Translations under genes and position numbers: made by a program
Shown: piece by piece, positions 18,615 to 28,011 of the stretch
Numbering within the stretch: position 1 is the first letter of the stretch
How the letters are laid out: each line of letters begins with the position of its first letter
Notes under the pieces: model-generated
What the model saw: only the letters and a program-made list of their open reading frames with translations
Database searches by the model: none
What the model was told of the DNA's origin: nothing
Source: an uncultured Actinomycetes bacterium
GTDB taxonomy: Bacteria > Actinomycetota > Thermoleophilia > Solirubrobacterales > 70-9
Reading direction: 5' to 3'
Assembly (NCBI GenBank): GCA_963824485.1
Contig: CAWGPH010000006.1
Coordinates: 5,491 to 69,490, forward strand
Length of the DNA: 64,000 bases

Positions 18615-20375
18615 ATGGTCTCCGCCGCAACCGCGAACGGCAACGGCGCGTCCCACGACGACAGGTACAAGTGGATCGCGCTCTCGAACACGACGCTGGC
18701 GATCCTGCTGGCGACGCTCGACGCCTCGATCACCCTGATCGCGATGCCGGACATCTTCCGCGGCATCCACCTCGACCCGCTGCTGCCCTCGAACAGCTTC
18801 TACCTGCTCTGGATGATCCTCGGCTACCTGGTCGTGACCAGCGTGCTGATCGTCAGCCTCGGTCGGCTGGGGGACATGTACGGGCGGGTGAAGATCTACA
18901 ACCTCGGCTTCGTCATCTACACGGTCGCCTCGCTGATGCTGGCGATCGACTGGATGACCGGCACCGACGGCGCCCTCTTCCTGGTCGGCTTCCGGATCGT
19001 GCAGGGGATCGGCGGCGCCTGCCTGCTCGCCAACTCGGCCGCGATCCTCACCGACGCCTTCCCCGCCAACCAGCGCGGCATGGCGCTCGGGATCAACAAC
19101 ATCGTCGGGGTCAGCGGGATGTTCGTCGGGCTGATCCTGGGGGGGCTGCTGGCGCCGATCGACTGGCGGCTGGTCTTCCTGATCTCGGTCCCGGTCGGGC
19201 TCTTCGGCACGGTCTGGGCCTACGTGAAGCTGAAAGAGTTGAGTACGCCGCACCCCGGCAAGATCGACTGGTGGGGCAACGTCACCTTCGCCCTCGGCCT
19301 GATTCTCGCGATGGTCGCCGTCACCTACGGGATCCGCCCTTACGGCGGTTCGCCGACCGGATGGGGGAGCCCGCGCTGCCTGTTGCTGTTGGCCGGCGCG
19401 ATCGTCTCGCTGATCGCCTTCGTGGTCATCGAGAAGCGGGTCAAGGAACCGATGTTCAGGTTGCCGCTGTTCCGCATCCGCGCCTTCACCTTCGGCACGC
19501 TCTCGACCTTCCTCGCCGCGGTCGCCCGCGGCGGCCTGATGTTCATGCTGATCATCTGGCTGCAGGGCATCTGGCTGCCGCTGCACGGCTACGACTACAC
19601 CGAAGCACCGCTGCTGGCGGGGATCTACATGCTGCCGCTGACGATCGGGATGCTGATCGCCGGGCCGACCTCGGGCTACCTGTCGGACCGCTTCGGCGCG
19701 CGCGGCTTCGCCACCGGTGGGATGGTCGCCGCCGCCGCCAGCTTCGCCGCGCTGACCTTCCTGCCGGTCGACTTCTCCTATCCCGTCTTCGCCGCGATCC
19801 TCGCCTTCAACGGGATCTCGATGGGGATGTTCGCCTCGCCCAACCGGGCGGCGGTGATGAACAGCCTGCCGCCGGGCGACCGCGGCGCGGGCGGCGGCAT
19901 GAACCAGACCTTCCAGAACTCGGCCCAGGTGATCTCGATGGGGATCTTCTTCACCTTGTTGATCATCGGCCTCGCCTCGACCCTGCCGCACGCGCTGTCG
20001 AGCGGGCTCGAAGCGCATGGGGTCGCCGCCGCCAAAGCCCACGAAGTCGGGCAGACGCCGCCGATCTCGGTCCTCTTCGCCGCCTTCCTCGGCTACAACC
20101 CGATCGAACACCTGATCGGCACCCAGGCGCTGCACGAACTGCCGCGGCACGCCCAGACGGTGCTGACCGGCCACAGCTTCTTCCCGAGCCTGATCTCGCA
20201 GCCGTTCAGCAACGGCCTCGACACGGCCTTCGGCTTCGCGATCGTCGCCTGTCTGATCGCCGCCGCCGCGTCGCTGATGCGGGGCGGCCGCTACACCCAC
20301 ACCGAGCCGAGCGAGGCGCAGGCGCCCGTAGCGGCTCCACCGATCCGCGAACTGGAGGAGAGTCATGCGAGTTGA
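18615..20375 (+). CDS. MFS transporter, DHA2/EmrB-like (about 14 TMS)
   Basis: Many TM helices and GRLGDMYGR (MFS motif A-like). The track start at 18600 is an alternative. Confidence 0.85.
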   Translation: MVSAATANGNGASHDDRYKWIALSNTTLAILLATLDASITLIAMPDIFRGIHLDPLLPSNSFYLLWMILGYLVVTSVLIVSLGRLGDMYGRVKIYNLGFVIYTVASLMLAIDWMTGTDGALFLVGFRIVQGIGGACLLANSAAILTDAFPANQRGMALGINNIVGVSGMFVGLILGGLLAPIDWRLVFLISVPVGLFGTVWAYVKLKELSTPHPGKIDWWGNVTFALGLILAMVAVTYGIRPYGGSPTGWGSPRCLLLLAGAIVSLIAFVVIEKRVKEPMFRLPLFRIRAFTFGTLSTFLAAVARGGLMFMLIIWLQGIWLPLHGYDYTEAPLLAGIYMLPLTIGMLIAGPTSGYLSDRFGARGFATGGMVAAAASFAALTFLPVDFSYPVFAAILAFNGISMGMFASPNRAAVMNSLPPGDRGAGGGMNQTFQNSAQVISMGIFFTLLIIGLASTLPHALSSGLEAHGVAAAKAHEVGQTPPISVLFAAFLGYNPIEHLIGTQALHELPRHAQTVLTGHSFFPSLISQPFSNGLDTAFGFAIVACLIAAAASLMRGGRYTHTEPSEAQAPVAAPPIRELEESHAS

Positions 20376-21036
20376 TTGGCACGGGCAGTCGGCATTCACC
20401 TTGGACGGCGACGACGCGACGGTCTTCATCGACCCCTGGGGTGACATGTCGGCGGCCGCGTCGCGCGGGATCGAGTGGGGGTACCCGGCGATCGAGGCAC
20501 CCGCCGCGGTCGACCTGCTGATCGTCACCCACGAGCACGCCGACCACAACGGCGTCGAGATCATCGACGGCGAGCCGACCCTGGTCCGCTCGGTGGCGGG
20601 GACGCACGCCGGGCCGATCGGTGACGTCGTCGCGATCGCCTCCGAGCACGACGGGGTGGCGGGGACCGAGCGTGGCCCGAACACGATCGTCGTCTTCGAC
20701 CTCGACGGGATCCGCGTCGCCCATTTCGGCGACTTCGGCCAGCCCGCACTGCGGCCGGAGCAACGGGCGCACCTCGACGGGATCGACCTGCTCTTCCTGC
20801 CGGTCGGCGGCGGCCCGACGATCGACGGCGCCACCGCGGCGGAGATCGCGATCGACCTCGGCGCTTCCTGGGTGGTGCCGATGCACTACAAGACCGCGAA
20901 GATCAACTTCCTCGAGACCGAGGAGTCGTTCGTCGAGGCGATGCCCGCCGCGCGGCGCCTCGATTCGCCCTCCTTCGACACGGCGGACCTGGAGCGGGGC
21001 TCCGGCCCGACCGCGATCGTCCCGGCCGCGCCCTAG
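20365..21036 (+). CDS. MBL-fold metal-dependent hydrolase (UPF0173-like)
   Basis: VDLLIVTHEHADHNG motif, about 223 aa. Confidence 0.75.
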   Translation: MRVDWHGQSAFTLDGDDATVFIDPWGDMSAAASRGIEWGYPAIEAPAAVDLLIVTHEHADHNGVEIIDGEPTLVRSVAGTHAGPIGDVVAIASEHDGVAGTERGPNTIVVFDLDGIRVAHFGDFGQPALRPEQRAHLDGIDLLFLPVGGGPTIDGATAAEIAIDLGASWVVPMHYKTAKINFLETEESFVEAMPAARRLDSPSFDTADLERGSGPTAIVPAAP

Positions 21037-21767
21037 ACGCCGGCGGCGGCGCGGGCGCTCGCGTGGGCGGCGCGCTCGAGGTCGTCGGGGAGCGGCTCGA
21101 GCCCGGGACGCTCGCCGTAGCGACGCTCCAGCGCCAGTTCGATCAGGTGGTCGGCGAGCCAGGCATTCTTCGGCAGGAGGGGTCCGTGCAGGTAGGTGCC
21201 GACCATGTTGTCGCGCCAGACGCCCTCCAGGCCGTCGCCGCCGTTGTTGCCATGACCTTTGAGGACCCGGCCGAGCGGCCGTGCGCCCGACCCGAGATAG
21301 GTGCGCCCGCCGTGGTTCTCGAATCCCGCCAGCAGTCGCTTCTCTCCGCCCAGCCCGGTCTCGATCGCGACGTTACCGATCAGCCGCAGCCCCTCCTCGC
21401 GGACCGTGCGCAGGTCGGCGAGGCCGAGCCCGGGCAGCGTCTCCTCACCGAGCTGGTAGCTCTCGCCGAGCAGTTGGTAGCCGCCGCAGACCGCGAGCAG
21501 GACGGCGCCGTCGTCGACCGCCTCGGCCAGCGCGGCCCGCTTGGTGTCGACCATGTCGGCGGCGACGACCCGCTGGTCGCGGTCCTGGCCGCCGCCGATG
21601 TAGAAAAGATCATGCTCGGCCGGGTCGACCGACTCGCCCGGGCCGGCGCCGCCCCAGACGAAGGCGATCTGCCGCCATTCGCAGCGCCGCTGCAGGAAGA
21701 GGATGTTGCCGCGGTCGGCGTAGATGTTCATCTGCTCGGGATAGAGGCTGAGGACGCGGAGCTCCAT
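21033..21767 (-). CDS. gatD: Lipid II isoglutaminyl synthase, glutaminase subunit GatD (CobQ/GATase-like)
   Basis: LSLYPEQMNIYADRGN, nucleophile LAVCGGYQLLG and GTYLHGPLLPKN, in an operon with murT. Confidence 0.8.
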   Translation of the reverse strand: MELRVLSLYPEQMNIYADRGNILFLQRRCEWRQIAFVWGGAGPGESVDPAEHDLFYIGGGQDRDQRVVAADMVDTKRAALAEAVDDGAVLLAVCGGYQLLGESYQLGEETLPGLGLADLRTVREEGLRLIGNVAIETGLGGEKRLLAGFENHGGRTYLGSGARPLGRVLKGHGNNGGDGLEGVWRDNMVGTYLHGPLLPKNAWLADHLIELALERRYGERPGLEPLPDDLERAAHASARAAAGV

Positions 21768-21768
21768 C

Positions 21769-22503
21769 TCAGCTTGCCTCGCCGAGGACGACGACGGTCG
21801 AGCCGACGTGGTCGTCGGTCGGGTCGATGTGGAGGCGTTCGATCGGGACCAGGCCGACCACGGCGGCCTCGGCCTCGAGCCGGTCGGCGGTCAGCGTGCA
21901 GATCGTCACCTGGTCGGGGATGTCGGTCAGCGCACCGGTCGGCGAGACCTTCTGGCGCAGCCGGTGGACGACGATCCGCTCCGGCCCGACCACCGCCTCC
22001 AGCGGCAGGCTCGAGTAGATCCAACCGTCGACCTCGCGCACGTCGGGGAGCAGCGGCTCGCCCTCTTCCGGCTCCGGCATCCCCTCGACGATCGCCGCCG
22101 CGACGCGGCCGCCGGGGAGCAGCTGGGCGGCGATCGAGTCGAGGCAGGAGAGCCGCTCGGCCCGGTTGGCGAGCATCTGCAGGAGCTGCATCGGGGCCAG
22201 CGCCAGGGCGACCGGCTCGGGCAGCTCGAAGCCGCGCGCGTCGGCGAGCAGCGGCGTCACCGGCAGGCCGGCGGCGCGCTCACGCTGGGCGGCGATCATC
22301 TCCTCGTCGGAGTCGAGGCCGATCACCCGGTGGCCGCGCCGGGCGAGGTGGATCGCGAGCCGGCCGGTGCCCGCGCCGAGCTCCAGGATCGGGTCGCCGC
22401 AGCGGTCGGCGAGGTCGGCCCAGACGCCCAGGTCGGCGGCGTAGGCGCCGCACTCGACGTCGTGCCAGATCGCGGCCTCCGAGGTCGAGGAGGACATGCT
22501 CAT
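21769..22503 (-). CDS. Class I SAM-dependent methyltransferase
   Basis: ILELGAGTGRLAIHLARRGHRVIGLDSD motif I. The ATG at 22503 overlaps the murT stop (ATGA). Confidence 0.75.
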   Translation of the reverse strand: MSMSSSTSEAAIWHDVECGAYAADLGVWADLADRCGDPILELGAGTGRLAIHLARRGHRVIGLDSDEEMIAAQRERAAGLPVTPLLADARGFELPEPVALALAPMQLLQMLANRAERLSCLDSIAAQLLPGGRVAAAIVEGMPEPEEGEPLLPDVREVDGWIYSSLPLEAVVGPERIVVHRLRQKVSPTGALTDIPDQVTICTLTADRLEAEAAVVGLVPIERLHIDPTDDHVGSTVVVLGEAS

Positions 22504-23993
22504 CGCCAGAACTCCTCGGCGAGGCCGCGGTCGGCGAGCAGCTTGCGAAGTTCGAGCAGCGCGGTGTAGGTGGGGAGGGCGAAGAGGCGGCCCCGCGAGG
22601 CGGCGACCGCGGAATCGAGCGAGGCCGCGATCTCGGCCTCGGCCACGATCGACTCCTCCGGCCAACCCGCGTACTTCAGCCGTAGCGCCATCTCCGGGGC
22701 GCGGGTGCCGGCGCAGGTGACGCGGCGCACGGCGCCGGCGAGCACCTCGAAGTCGGCGTCCCAGACCCAGGAGACGTCGCGCCCGTCAGCGATCCGATCG
22801 TTCAGCGCGATCCACAGATCGATCCCGTCCCCGCCGCCGTCCCCGCCGGTGCGTTCGCAGTTCTCGTCGCTATCCGACGAGAACTGCGAACGCACCCTGG
22901 GGGGCGTTCGCTCGGCCTCGAGTTTCAGCGTACGCAGGACCTCGTTTGCTCCCGCCGGGTTCTTGATCAGCAGGATCGCCAAGCGGGCGCCCTCATCGTT
23001 CATATCGATCGTCTCGACCCGGCCGAAGGCCGCCCGCATCCCGCGCAGCGCCGCCGCGATCCGGTCCGGCTCGATCCCGAGCCGCAGCGCCGCCGCGGTC
23101 GCCGCCAGCGCGTTGTAGACGTTGTAGAGGCCGGGGAGGGGGAGCGTCACCTCGATCTCACCGCCGGGGACCCGCACGGTCGCCGCCGAGCCCTCCATGC
23201 CGCGCAGCTCGATCCGCGTCGCGGCGACGTCGGGCCGCGGCCGCTGCGCGCCGCAGTTCGGGCACGAGTAGTGACCGAGGTGTCCGACGAAGGCGACCTC
23301 GTAGGCGTAGGGATGCCCGCAGCGCCGGCAGTGCTTGGCGTCGAAGGCGTGCTGCAGCTCCGGCAGCGCCTGCGAGTGGTCCTCGATACCGAAGTAGAGG
23401 ACGCCCTCGCGCGGCCGCTCGGTGTCGGGGTCGCGGCCGAGGTCGGCGATCAACGGGTCGTCGGCGTTCAGCGCCAGCCCGGTCCCGGCGGGCGCGGCGG
23501 CGACCGCCTTCGCCCACTCCTCGGCCAGCGCCTCCATCTCGCCGTAGCGGTCGAGCTGGTCGCGGAAGAGATTGCCGAGCACGATCAGGCGAGGGTTCAA
23601 CTGCTGGGCGACGCGCGGCAGCCAGGCCTCGTCGACCTCGAAGAGCCCCTCGGCGCCACGCTGCTCGAGCAGCGCCGTGGCGACGCCCCAGGTCATGTTC
23701 GAGCCCGCCCGGTTGTGAACCGGCGGCCGCCCCTCGGCAGCGAGGATCGCGGCGATCATCCCGGCCGTCGTCGTCTTGCCGTTGGTCGCCGAGACGATCG
23801 TCACACCGCCCGTCAGCCCGGCGCCGAGCCGCGCGATCGCCTCTGGCTCCATCCGCAACAGCACCCGTCCCGGCAGCGTCGTGCCGCCGCCGCGGCCGCT
23901 GTGCCTGCTGGCCGCGCCGATCGCCCGCGCCAGCGCCCGCTTGGCGCCGAAGGCCGGGCCACCGCCCCCTCGGGCCGACACGCCCGCGCTCAA
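22500..23993 (-). CDS. murT: Lipid II isoglutaminyl synthase, Mur-ligase subunit MurT, carrying an in-frame repeat insertion
   Basis: P-loop ATNGKTTT, C4 zinc ribbon CRRCG...CPNCG, and the C-terminal domain ALNDRIADGRDVSWVWDADFE. Hairpin repeat copy B encodes RSQFSSDSDENCE inside the CDS. Confidence 0.85.
   Translation of the reverse strand: MSAGVSARGGGGPAFGAKRALARAIGAASRHSGRGGGTTLPGRVLLRMEPEAIARLGAGLTGGVTIVSATNGKTTTAGMIAAILAAEGRPPVHNRAGSNMTWGVATALLEQRGAEGLFEVDEAWLPRVAQQLNPRLIVLGNLFRDQLDRYGEMEALAEEWAKAVAAAPAGTGLALNADDPLIADLGRDPDTERPREGVLYFGIEDHSQALPELQHAFDAKHCRRCGHPYAYEVAFVGHLGHYSCPNCGAQRPRPDVAATRIELRGMEGSAATVRVPGGEIEVTLPLPGLYNVYNALAATAAALRLGIEPDRIAAALRGMRAAFGRVETIDMNDEGARLAILLIKNPAGANEVLRTLKLEAERTPPRVRSQFSSDSDENCERTGGDGGGDGIDLWIALNDRIADGRDVSWVWDADFEVLAGAVRRVTCAGTRAPEMALRLKYAGWPEESIVAEAEIAASLDSAVAASRGRLFALPTYTALLELRKLLADRGLAEEFWR
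22853..22891. repeat. 39-bp hairpin repeat family 1, copy B (inside murT CDS)
   Basis: GTTCGCAGTTCTCGTCG-CTATC-CGACGAGAACTGCGAAC with a perfect 17-bp stem. 39 nt equals 13 codons and there is no stop in the murT frame. Confidence 0.85.
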
Positions 23994-24871
23994 GCCGCGG
24001 CCGGCGGGACGAGCACCCGCAGGGCGCCGGGGATCACGCGCAGGTCGGCGGGCAGGTCGGTGAGGTGCTCGCCGTCGGCGTAGACCGCGAAGGGTCGGCT
24101 GGCGCTGAGGCCGAGCCGGGAGGCGCGGATGACGGTGACCTCGTCGATGTGGACGTGGGTGCCCTTGAACACCTTGGTCAGGTTATAGAGCGCCCGGAGC
24201 TTGCCCATGTCGGAAATCGTCACCACGTCGAACTTGCCGTCGTCGAGCTCCGCGTCGGGCGCGATGTACATGCCGCCGCCGTAGGCCTTGTTGTTGGCGA
24301 CGACCACGTCATAGCCCTCCATGCGCGTGCGCTCCTCACCGATCACGATCGTGAAGCGGGCCGACTTCCAGGTCGCCATCGTGCGCAGCGCGGCGTAGAG
24401 ATAGACGAGGGTGCCGCGCACGAAGCGGGTCTCGTTGGCGCGACGGTTGGCGTCGGAGTCGAAGCCGACGCTGGCGATGCCGAGGAAGGGTTTGCCGTTG
24501 GCCTCGCCGACGTCGATCGGGCGGCTGTGGTCGGCGAGGACGACCTCGATCGCCTCCTCCGGCTCGGTCGGGATGCCGAGCACCCGCGCCAGGTCGTTGC
24601 CGCGGCCGCCGGGGACGATGCCGAGTGGCGTCTCCTCGCCCGCCATCGCGCCGCCGATCGCGCCGACCATGCCGTCGCCGCTGATCACCACCGGCAGCTC
24701 GCCGCCCTCGATCGCCCGCAGCGCTTTCGCCACGGCGTGGTCGAGGCTCTTGGTGCGGACGACACGGAAGGGGACGCGGCGGGCGTCGAGCACCGCCTCG
24801 ACCCGGGGGAGGGCCTTCAGCGCCCGGCCCCCGCCGGACGAAGGGTTGACGAGCAGGACCAGGGGATTCAT
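23990..24871 (-). CDS. Diacylglycerol/lipid kinase family protein (YegS/DagK-like)
   Basis: LLVNPSSGGGRA, VVISGDGMVG and PGGRGNDLAR motifs. Start and stop overlap the neighbouring genes by 4 nt. Confidence 0.8.
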   Translation of the reverse strand: MNPLVLLVNPSSGGGRALKALPRVEAVLDARRVPFRVVRTKSLDHAVAKALRAIEGGELPVVISGDGMVGAIGGAMAGEETPLGIVPGGRGNDLARVLGIPTEPEEAIEVVLADHSRPIDVGEANGKPFLGIASVGFDSDANRRANETRFVRGTLVYLYAALRTMATWKSARFTIVIGEERTRMEGYDVVVANNKAYGGGMYIAPDAELDDGKFDVVTISDMGKLRALYNLTKVFKGTHVHIDEVTVIRASRLGLSASRPFAVYADGEHLTDLPADLRVIPGALRVLVPPAAA

Positions 24872-25356
24872 CCGCTCACCCTATGGGCGACGAGGAAGCT
24901 GCCGGCGCCGGCGGGCTCCTCGGCGACCGTCTCGAAGCCGCGAGCACGCAGAGCGCGGGTCAGGAGCCAGGCGGAGAAGCCGCTCCCGGCCGCGGCGCCA
25001 CGGGTCGCGGCGAGGGCCAGGTAGCCGCTGGGCCGCAGGACCCGGGCGAGCTCCGTCGCCGCGGGTCGCGCGTCGACCACCGCGACCAGGTCGAAATGGT
25101 CGTCCGGATAGGGGATGCGGCGCGGCCCGCCGACCTTGAAGGCGACCCGTCCCTCGGGATCGAGCCCGACCCGCCGGCTCGCCGCGGCGACCGCCCCGGC
25201 GTCGGCGTCGATGCCGCGCACCCGCGCCGTGGGGAACTCGCGGGCGAGGAAGAGCGTCGCCTCGCCGTCGCCGCAGGCGACCTGCAGGACCCGCTCCGGC
25301 CTGCCGACATGGAGCACCGCGGCGGCCAGTGGCGTCAGCGGCGGCGGGCTCGACAT
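24868..25356 (-). CDS. Small class I SAM-dependent methyltransferase
   Basis: VLQVACGDGEATLFLA motif I. The internal ATG at 25356 is chosen because the upstream part of the track ORF looks like non-coding read-through. Confidence 0.65.
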   Translation of the reverse strand: MSSPPPLTPLAAAVLHVGRPERVLQVACGDGEATLFLAREFPTARVRGIDADAGAVAAASRRVGLDPEGRVAFKVGGPRRIPYPDDHFDLVAVVDARPAATELARVLRPSGYLALAATRGAAAGSGFSAWLLTRALRARGFETVAEEPAGAGSFLVAHRVSG

Positions 25357-25390
25357 CGGGTCGATCGTAATTGCTCTACTCTCCTGGGCC

Positions 25391-26110
25391 GTGGCGGGGG
25401 AACAGTTCGACAGGCGCTGGTTCATCCTGGGCGGTTTCGCGGCCCTGGCGGTCGTGATCGTCGGGGTCATCCTGATCTCGCGCGGCGGCGGCAGCAGCGA
25501 CAAGTCCGGCTCGAGCACCACCGCGAGCAAGGAAAAGGGCGCGAGCGAAAAGGGCGCCAACGGCTGCAAGGAAGTCGAACAGCCGGAACCGCGCGAAGAG
25601 AGCCTGCCGAAGCCGAAGATGACGACCAAGAAGGGCGAAAAGGTCACCGCGGTGGTGGAAACCAACTGCGGCACCTTCGATATCGAACTCGCTACCACCG
25701 AAGCGCCGACGATCGCCAACTCCTTTGCCTACCTCGCCGAAGAAGGCTTCTACAACGAACTGACCTTCCACCGGATCGTCCCTGAATTCGTGATCCAGGG
25801 CGGCGACCCGACCGGCACCGGCAGCGGTGGCCCCGGCTACGAAGTCGTCGAAGCCCCGCCGAAGAACCTCAAATACACGCTCGGCACGGTGGCGATGGCA
25901 AAGACCTCCGAAGCCCCGTCCGGCACGGCCGGCAGCCAGTTCTACGTGGTCAGCGGCCCGCAGGGCGAAACGCTGCCGCCCGAATACGCTTTGGCCGGCC
26001 ACGTCACCAAGGGCCTCGACGTGGTCGAACGGATCGGCGAACTGGGCGGTCCGGAAGAAAAACCGACCGAGCCCGTCGTGATCGAAAAGATGTCGATCGA
26101 ACGCGGGTAG
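25391..26110 (+). CDS. Membrane-anchored cyclophilin-type peptidyl-prolyl isomerase
   Basis: TM helix (WFILGGFAALAVVIVGVILI), a Ser/Lys linker, then a cyclophilin core (FHRIVPEFVIQGGDPTGTGSGGPGY, GTVAMAKT, SQFYV). The start is uncertain (GTG at 25391). Confidence 0.8.
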   Translation: MAGEQFDRRWFILGGFAALAVVIVGVILISRGGGSSDKSGSSTTASKEKGASEKGANGCKEVEQPEPREESLPKPKMTTKKGEKVTAVVETNCGTFDIELATTEAPTIANSFAYLAEEGFYNELTFHRIVPEFVIQGGDPTGTGSGGPGYEVVEAPPKNLKYTLGTVAMAKTSEAPSGTAGSQFYVVSGPQGETLPPEYALAGHVTKGLDVVERIGELGGPEEKPTEPVVIEKMSIERG

Positions 26111-26133
26111 GACCCGCTCCGTAAGCTCGGACA

Positions 26134-26586
26134 GTGGCCAAGGTCGACGTAGGAGACGCGGCACCGCAGTTCGAACTCCCCGGGACGGGAGGGCGGACCT
26201 ACCGCCTGTCCGATTACCGCGCCAAAAAGCTGGTCATCGCCTTCTACCCGGGCGACTTCACGGCGGTCTGCACCAAACAGTTCTGCTCCTACCGCGACGA
26301 AGGCGAGCGGCTCGACCAGCTCGGCGCCGACGTGGTCGGGATCTCGCCGCAGTCGGTCGACTCGCACGAGCGCTTCACCGAGGAGAAGCGGCTGAACGTG
26401 CCGTTGCTGGCCGACGAGGACAAGGCCGTCGCCAAGGCCTACGGCGTCGTCGCCGGGCCGCTGGTGCGGCGGGCGATCTTCGTCGTCGATGAGAAAGGCG
26501 TGATCGGCTTCCGCAAGGTGACCCTGGCCGGACTCACCTACGAGTCGGTCGGCGATCTGGAGCGCGCGGTCGCGGGGGTCGGCTGA
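26134..26586 (+). CDS. bcp: Peroxiredoxin (Bcp/AhpC-TSA family)
   Basis: [15 protein letters not shown] peroxidatic Cys motif, about 150 aa. Confidence 0.85.
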   Translation: MAKVDVGDAAPQFELPGTGGRTYRLSDYRAKKLVIAFYPGDFTAVCTKQFCSYRDEGERLDQLGADVVGISPQSVDSHERFTEEKRLNVPLLADEDKAVAKAYGVVAGPLVRRAIFVVDEKGVIGFRKVTLAGLTYESVGDLERAVAGVG

Positions 26587-27440
26587 TGCCGGCGGCGCCG
26601 GCCGGTGCCGATTTCGAGGTCGGCCCGGCACCGGTGCTGCGCGGCAGCGCCGCGGGGGAGGGGACGCCGATCGTCCTTTGCCACGGGCTGACGGCGAGCC
26701 GCCGTTACGTGATCCACGGCTCGCGGGCGTTGGAGCGGGCCGGGCACCGCGTCATCACCTACGACGCCCGCGGCCACGGCGAATCGGACCCGGCGCCGGC
26801 CGGGCAGAGTTATGGATACCCGGAGCTGATCGCCGACCTGGCGCGGGTGGTCGAGGCGGAGGTCGGCGAGGAGCGCTTCCTGCTCGGCGGCCACTCGATG
26901 GGGGCCCACACGGCGGTCGGCTACGCGCTGGCGCACCCGGAGCGGCTGAGCGGTTTGGTGATCATCGGGCCGACCTACACGGGAGCCAAGCTGGCGGCCG
27001 AGACGCTCGCCTACTGGGACGGGCTGGCGGCGGCGCTGGAAGGGGAGGGGATCGACGGCTTCGTCGACTACCTGACCCGCGAAGGGTCGACCGCCGATGC
27101 CTGGCGCGACTCGGTGGCACGGATAAGCCGCGTGCGGATGGAGCTGCACCGCGACCCGCGCGAGCTGGCGCGGGCGCTGCGCGAGACGCCCGCGTCGCGG
27201 CCGTTCGGGTCGCTCGAGGACCTGGCCGGGCTCGACGTCCCGGCGCTGGTCGTCGCCTCCCACGACGAGGCCGACCCTGGTCATCTCTATGCGGTCGCCG
27301 CCGCTTACGCGGCGGCGTTGCCGCATGCCCGCCTGATCAGCGAGGATGAGGGCCAGTCGCCGCTGGCCTGGCAGGGCGGGCGCCTCTCGCGCGAGATCGC
27401 CTTATTCGCGGTTGAACCTGACGTGGCACTATCCAAGTAG
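26586..27440 (+). CDS. Alpha/beta-fold hydrolase
   Basis: HGLTASRRY oxyanion region and the nucleophile elbow GGHSMGA. Confidence 0.75.
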   Translation: MPAAPAGADFEVGPAPVLRGSAAGEGTPIVLCHGLTASRRYVIHGSRALERAGHRVITYDARGHGESDPAPAGQSYGYPELIADLARVVEAEVGEERFLLGGHSMGAHTAVGYALAHPERLSGLVIIGPTYTGAKLAAETLAYWDGLAAALEGEGIDGFVDYLTREGSTADAWRDSVARISRVRMELHRDPRELARALRETPASRPFGSLEDLAGLDVPALVVASHDEADPGHLYAVAAAYAAALPHARLISEDEGQSPLAWQGGRLSREIALFAVEPDVALSK

Positions 27441-27443
27441 GGA

Positions 27444-27941
27444 TTGGATATGAAACTTCCGAGTGAAAAAATCCTCCGGATCGCGATCGCCTTCGTCGGC
27501 GTCCTCGGGGTCTGCGTCGCGACCTACATCCTGATCTCCGACTCGACCTCGGGGGCGCCGGCCTGCCTGGCGGGCGGTACCGGCTGCGAGACGGTCGCCA
27601 AGAGCTCCTACTCGCACATCCTCGGGGTCAACGTCGCCGTCTTCGGCATCATCGGCTGGATCCTGGTCCTCGGCACGGTCCTCTTCGGCAACGACTACGC
27701 GCGGCTGGGGGGGTTCGTCTTCACGCTCGGCGGCTTCGGCTTCAGCATCTACCTGACTTACCTGGAGATCTGGAAGATCGAAGCGATCTGCCAGTGGTGC
27801 GTGACCAACGCGGTCCTGATGACGATCTGCTTCCTGCTCAACGTGACGCGGCTGCTCGGCTACGTCGGCACGCCCGACGGCGGCACCGTGTTCCGCGGTG
27901 GCGGCGGAGGAACCGCACGCCCCGTCGCCGAAGAAAGCTGA
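27444..27941 (+). CDS. Vitamin K epoxide reductase (VKOR) family protein
   Basis: Loop cysteines CLAGGTGC, the CQWC redox motif and 4-5 TM helices. Confidence 0.8.
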   Translation: MDMKLPSEKILRIAIAFVGVLGVCVATYILISDSTSGAPACLAGGTGCETVAKSSYSHILGVNVAVFGIIGWILVLGTVLFGNDYARLGGFVFTLGGFGFSIYLTYLEIWKIEAICQWCVTNAVLMTICFLLNVTRLLGYVGTPDGGTVFRGGGGGTARPVAEES

Positions 27942-28011
27942 GTGGCCGGGACGAATACAGTCGCGGTCGCAGGGCAGAACCGATTTCCCACGTAAACGAC
28001 ACGGAGGACCG

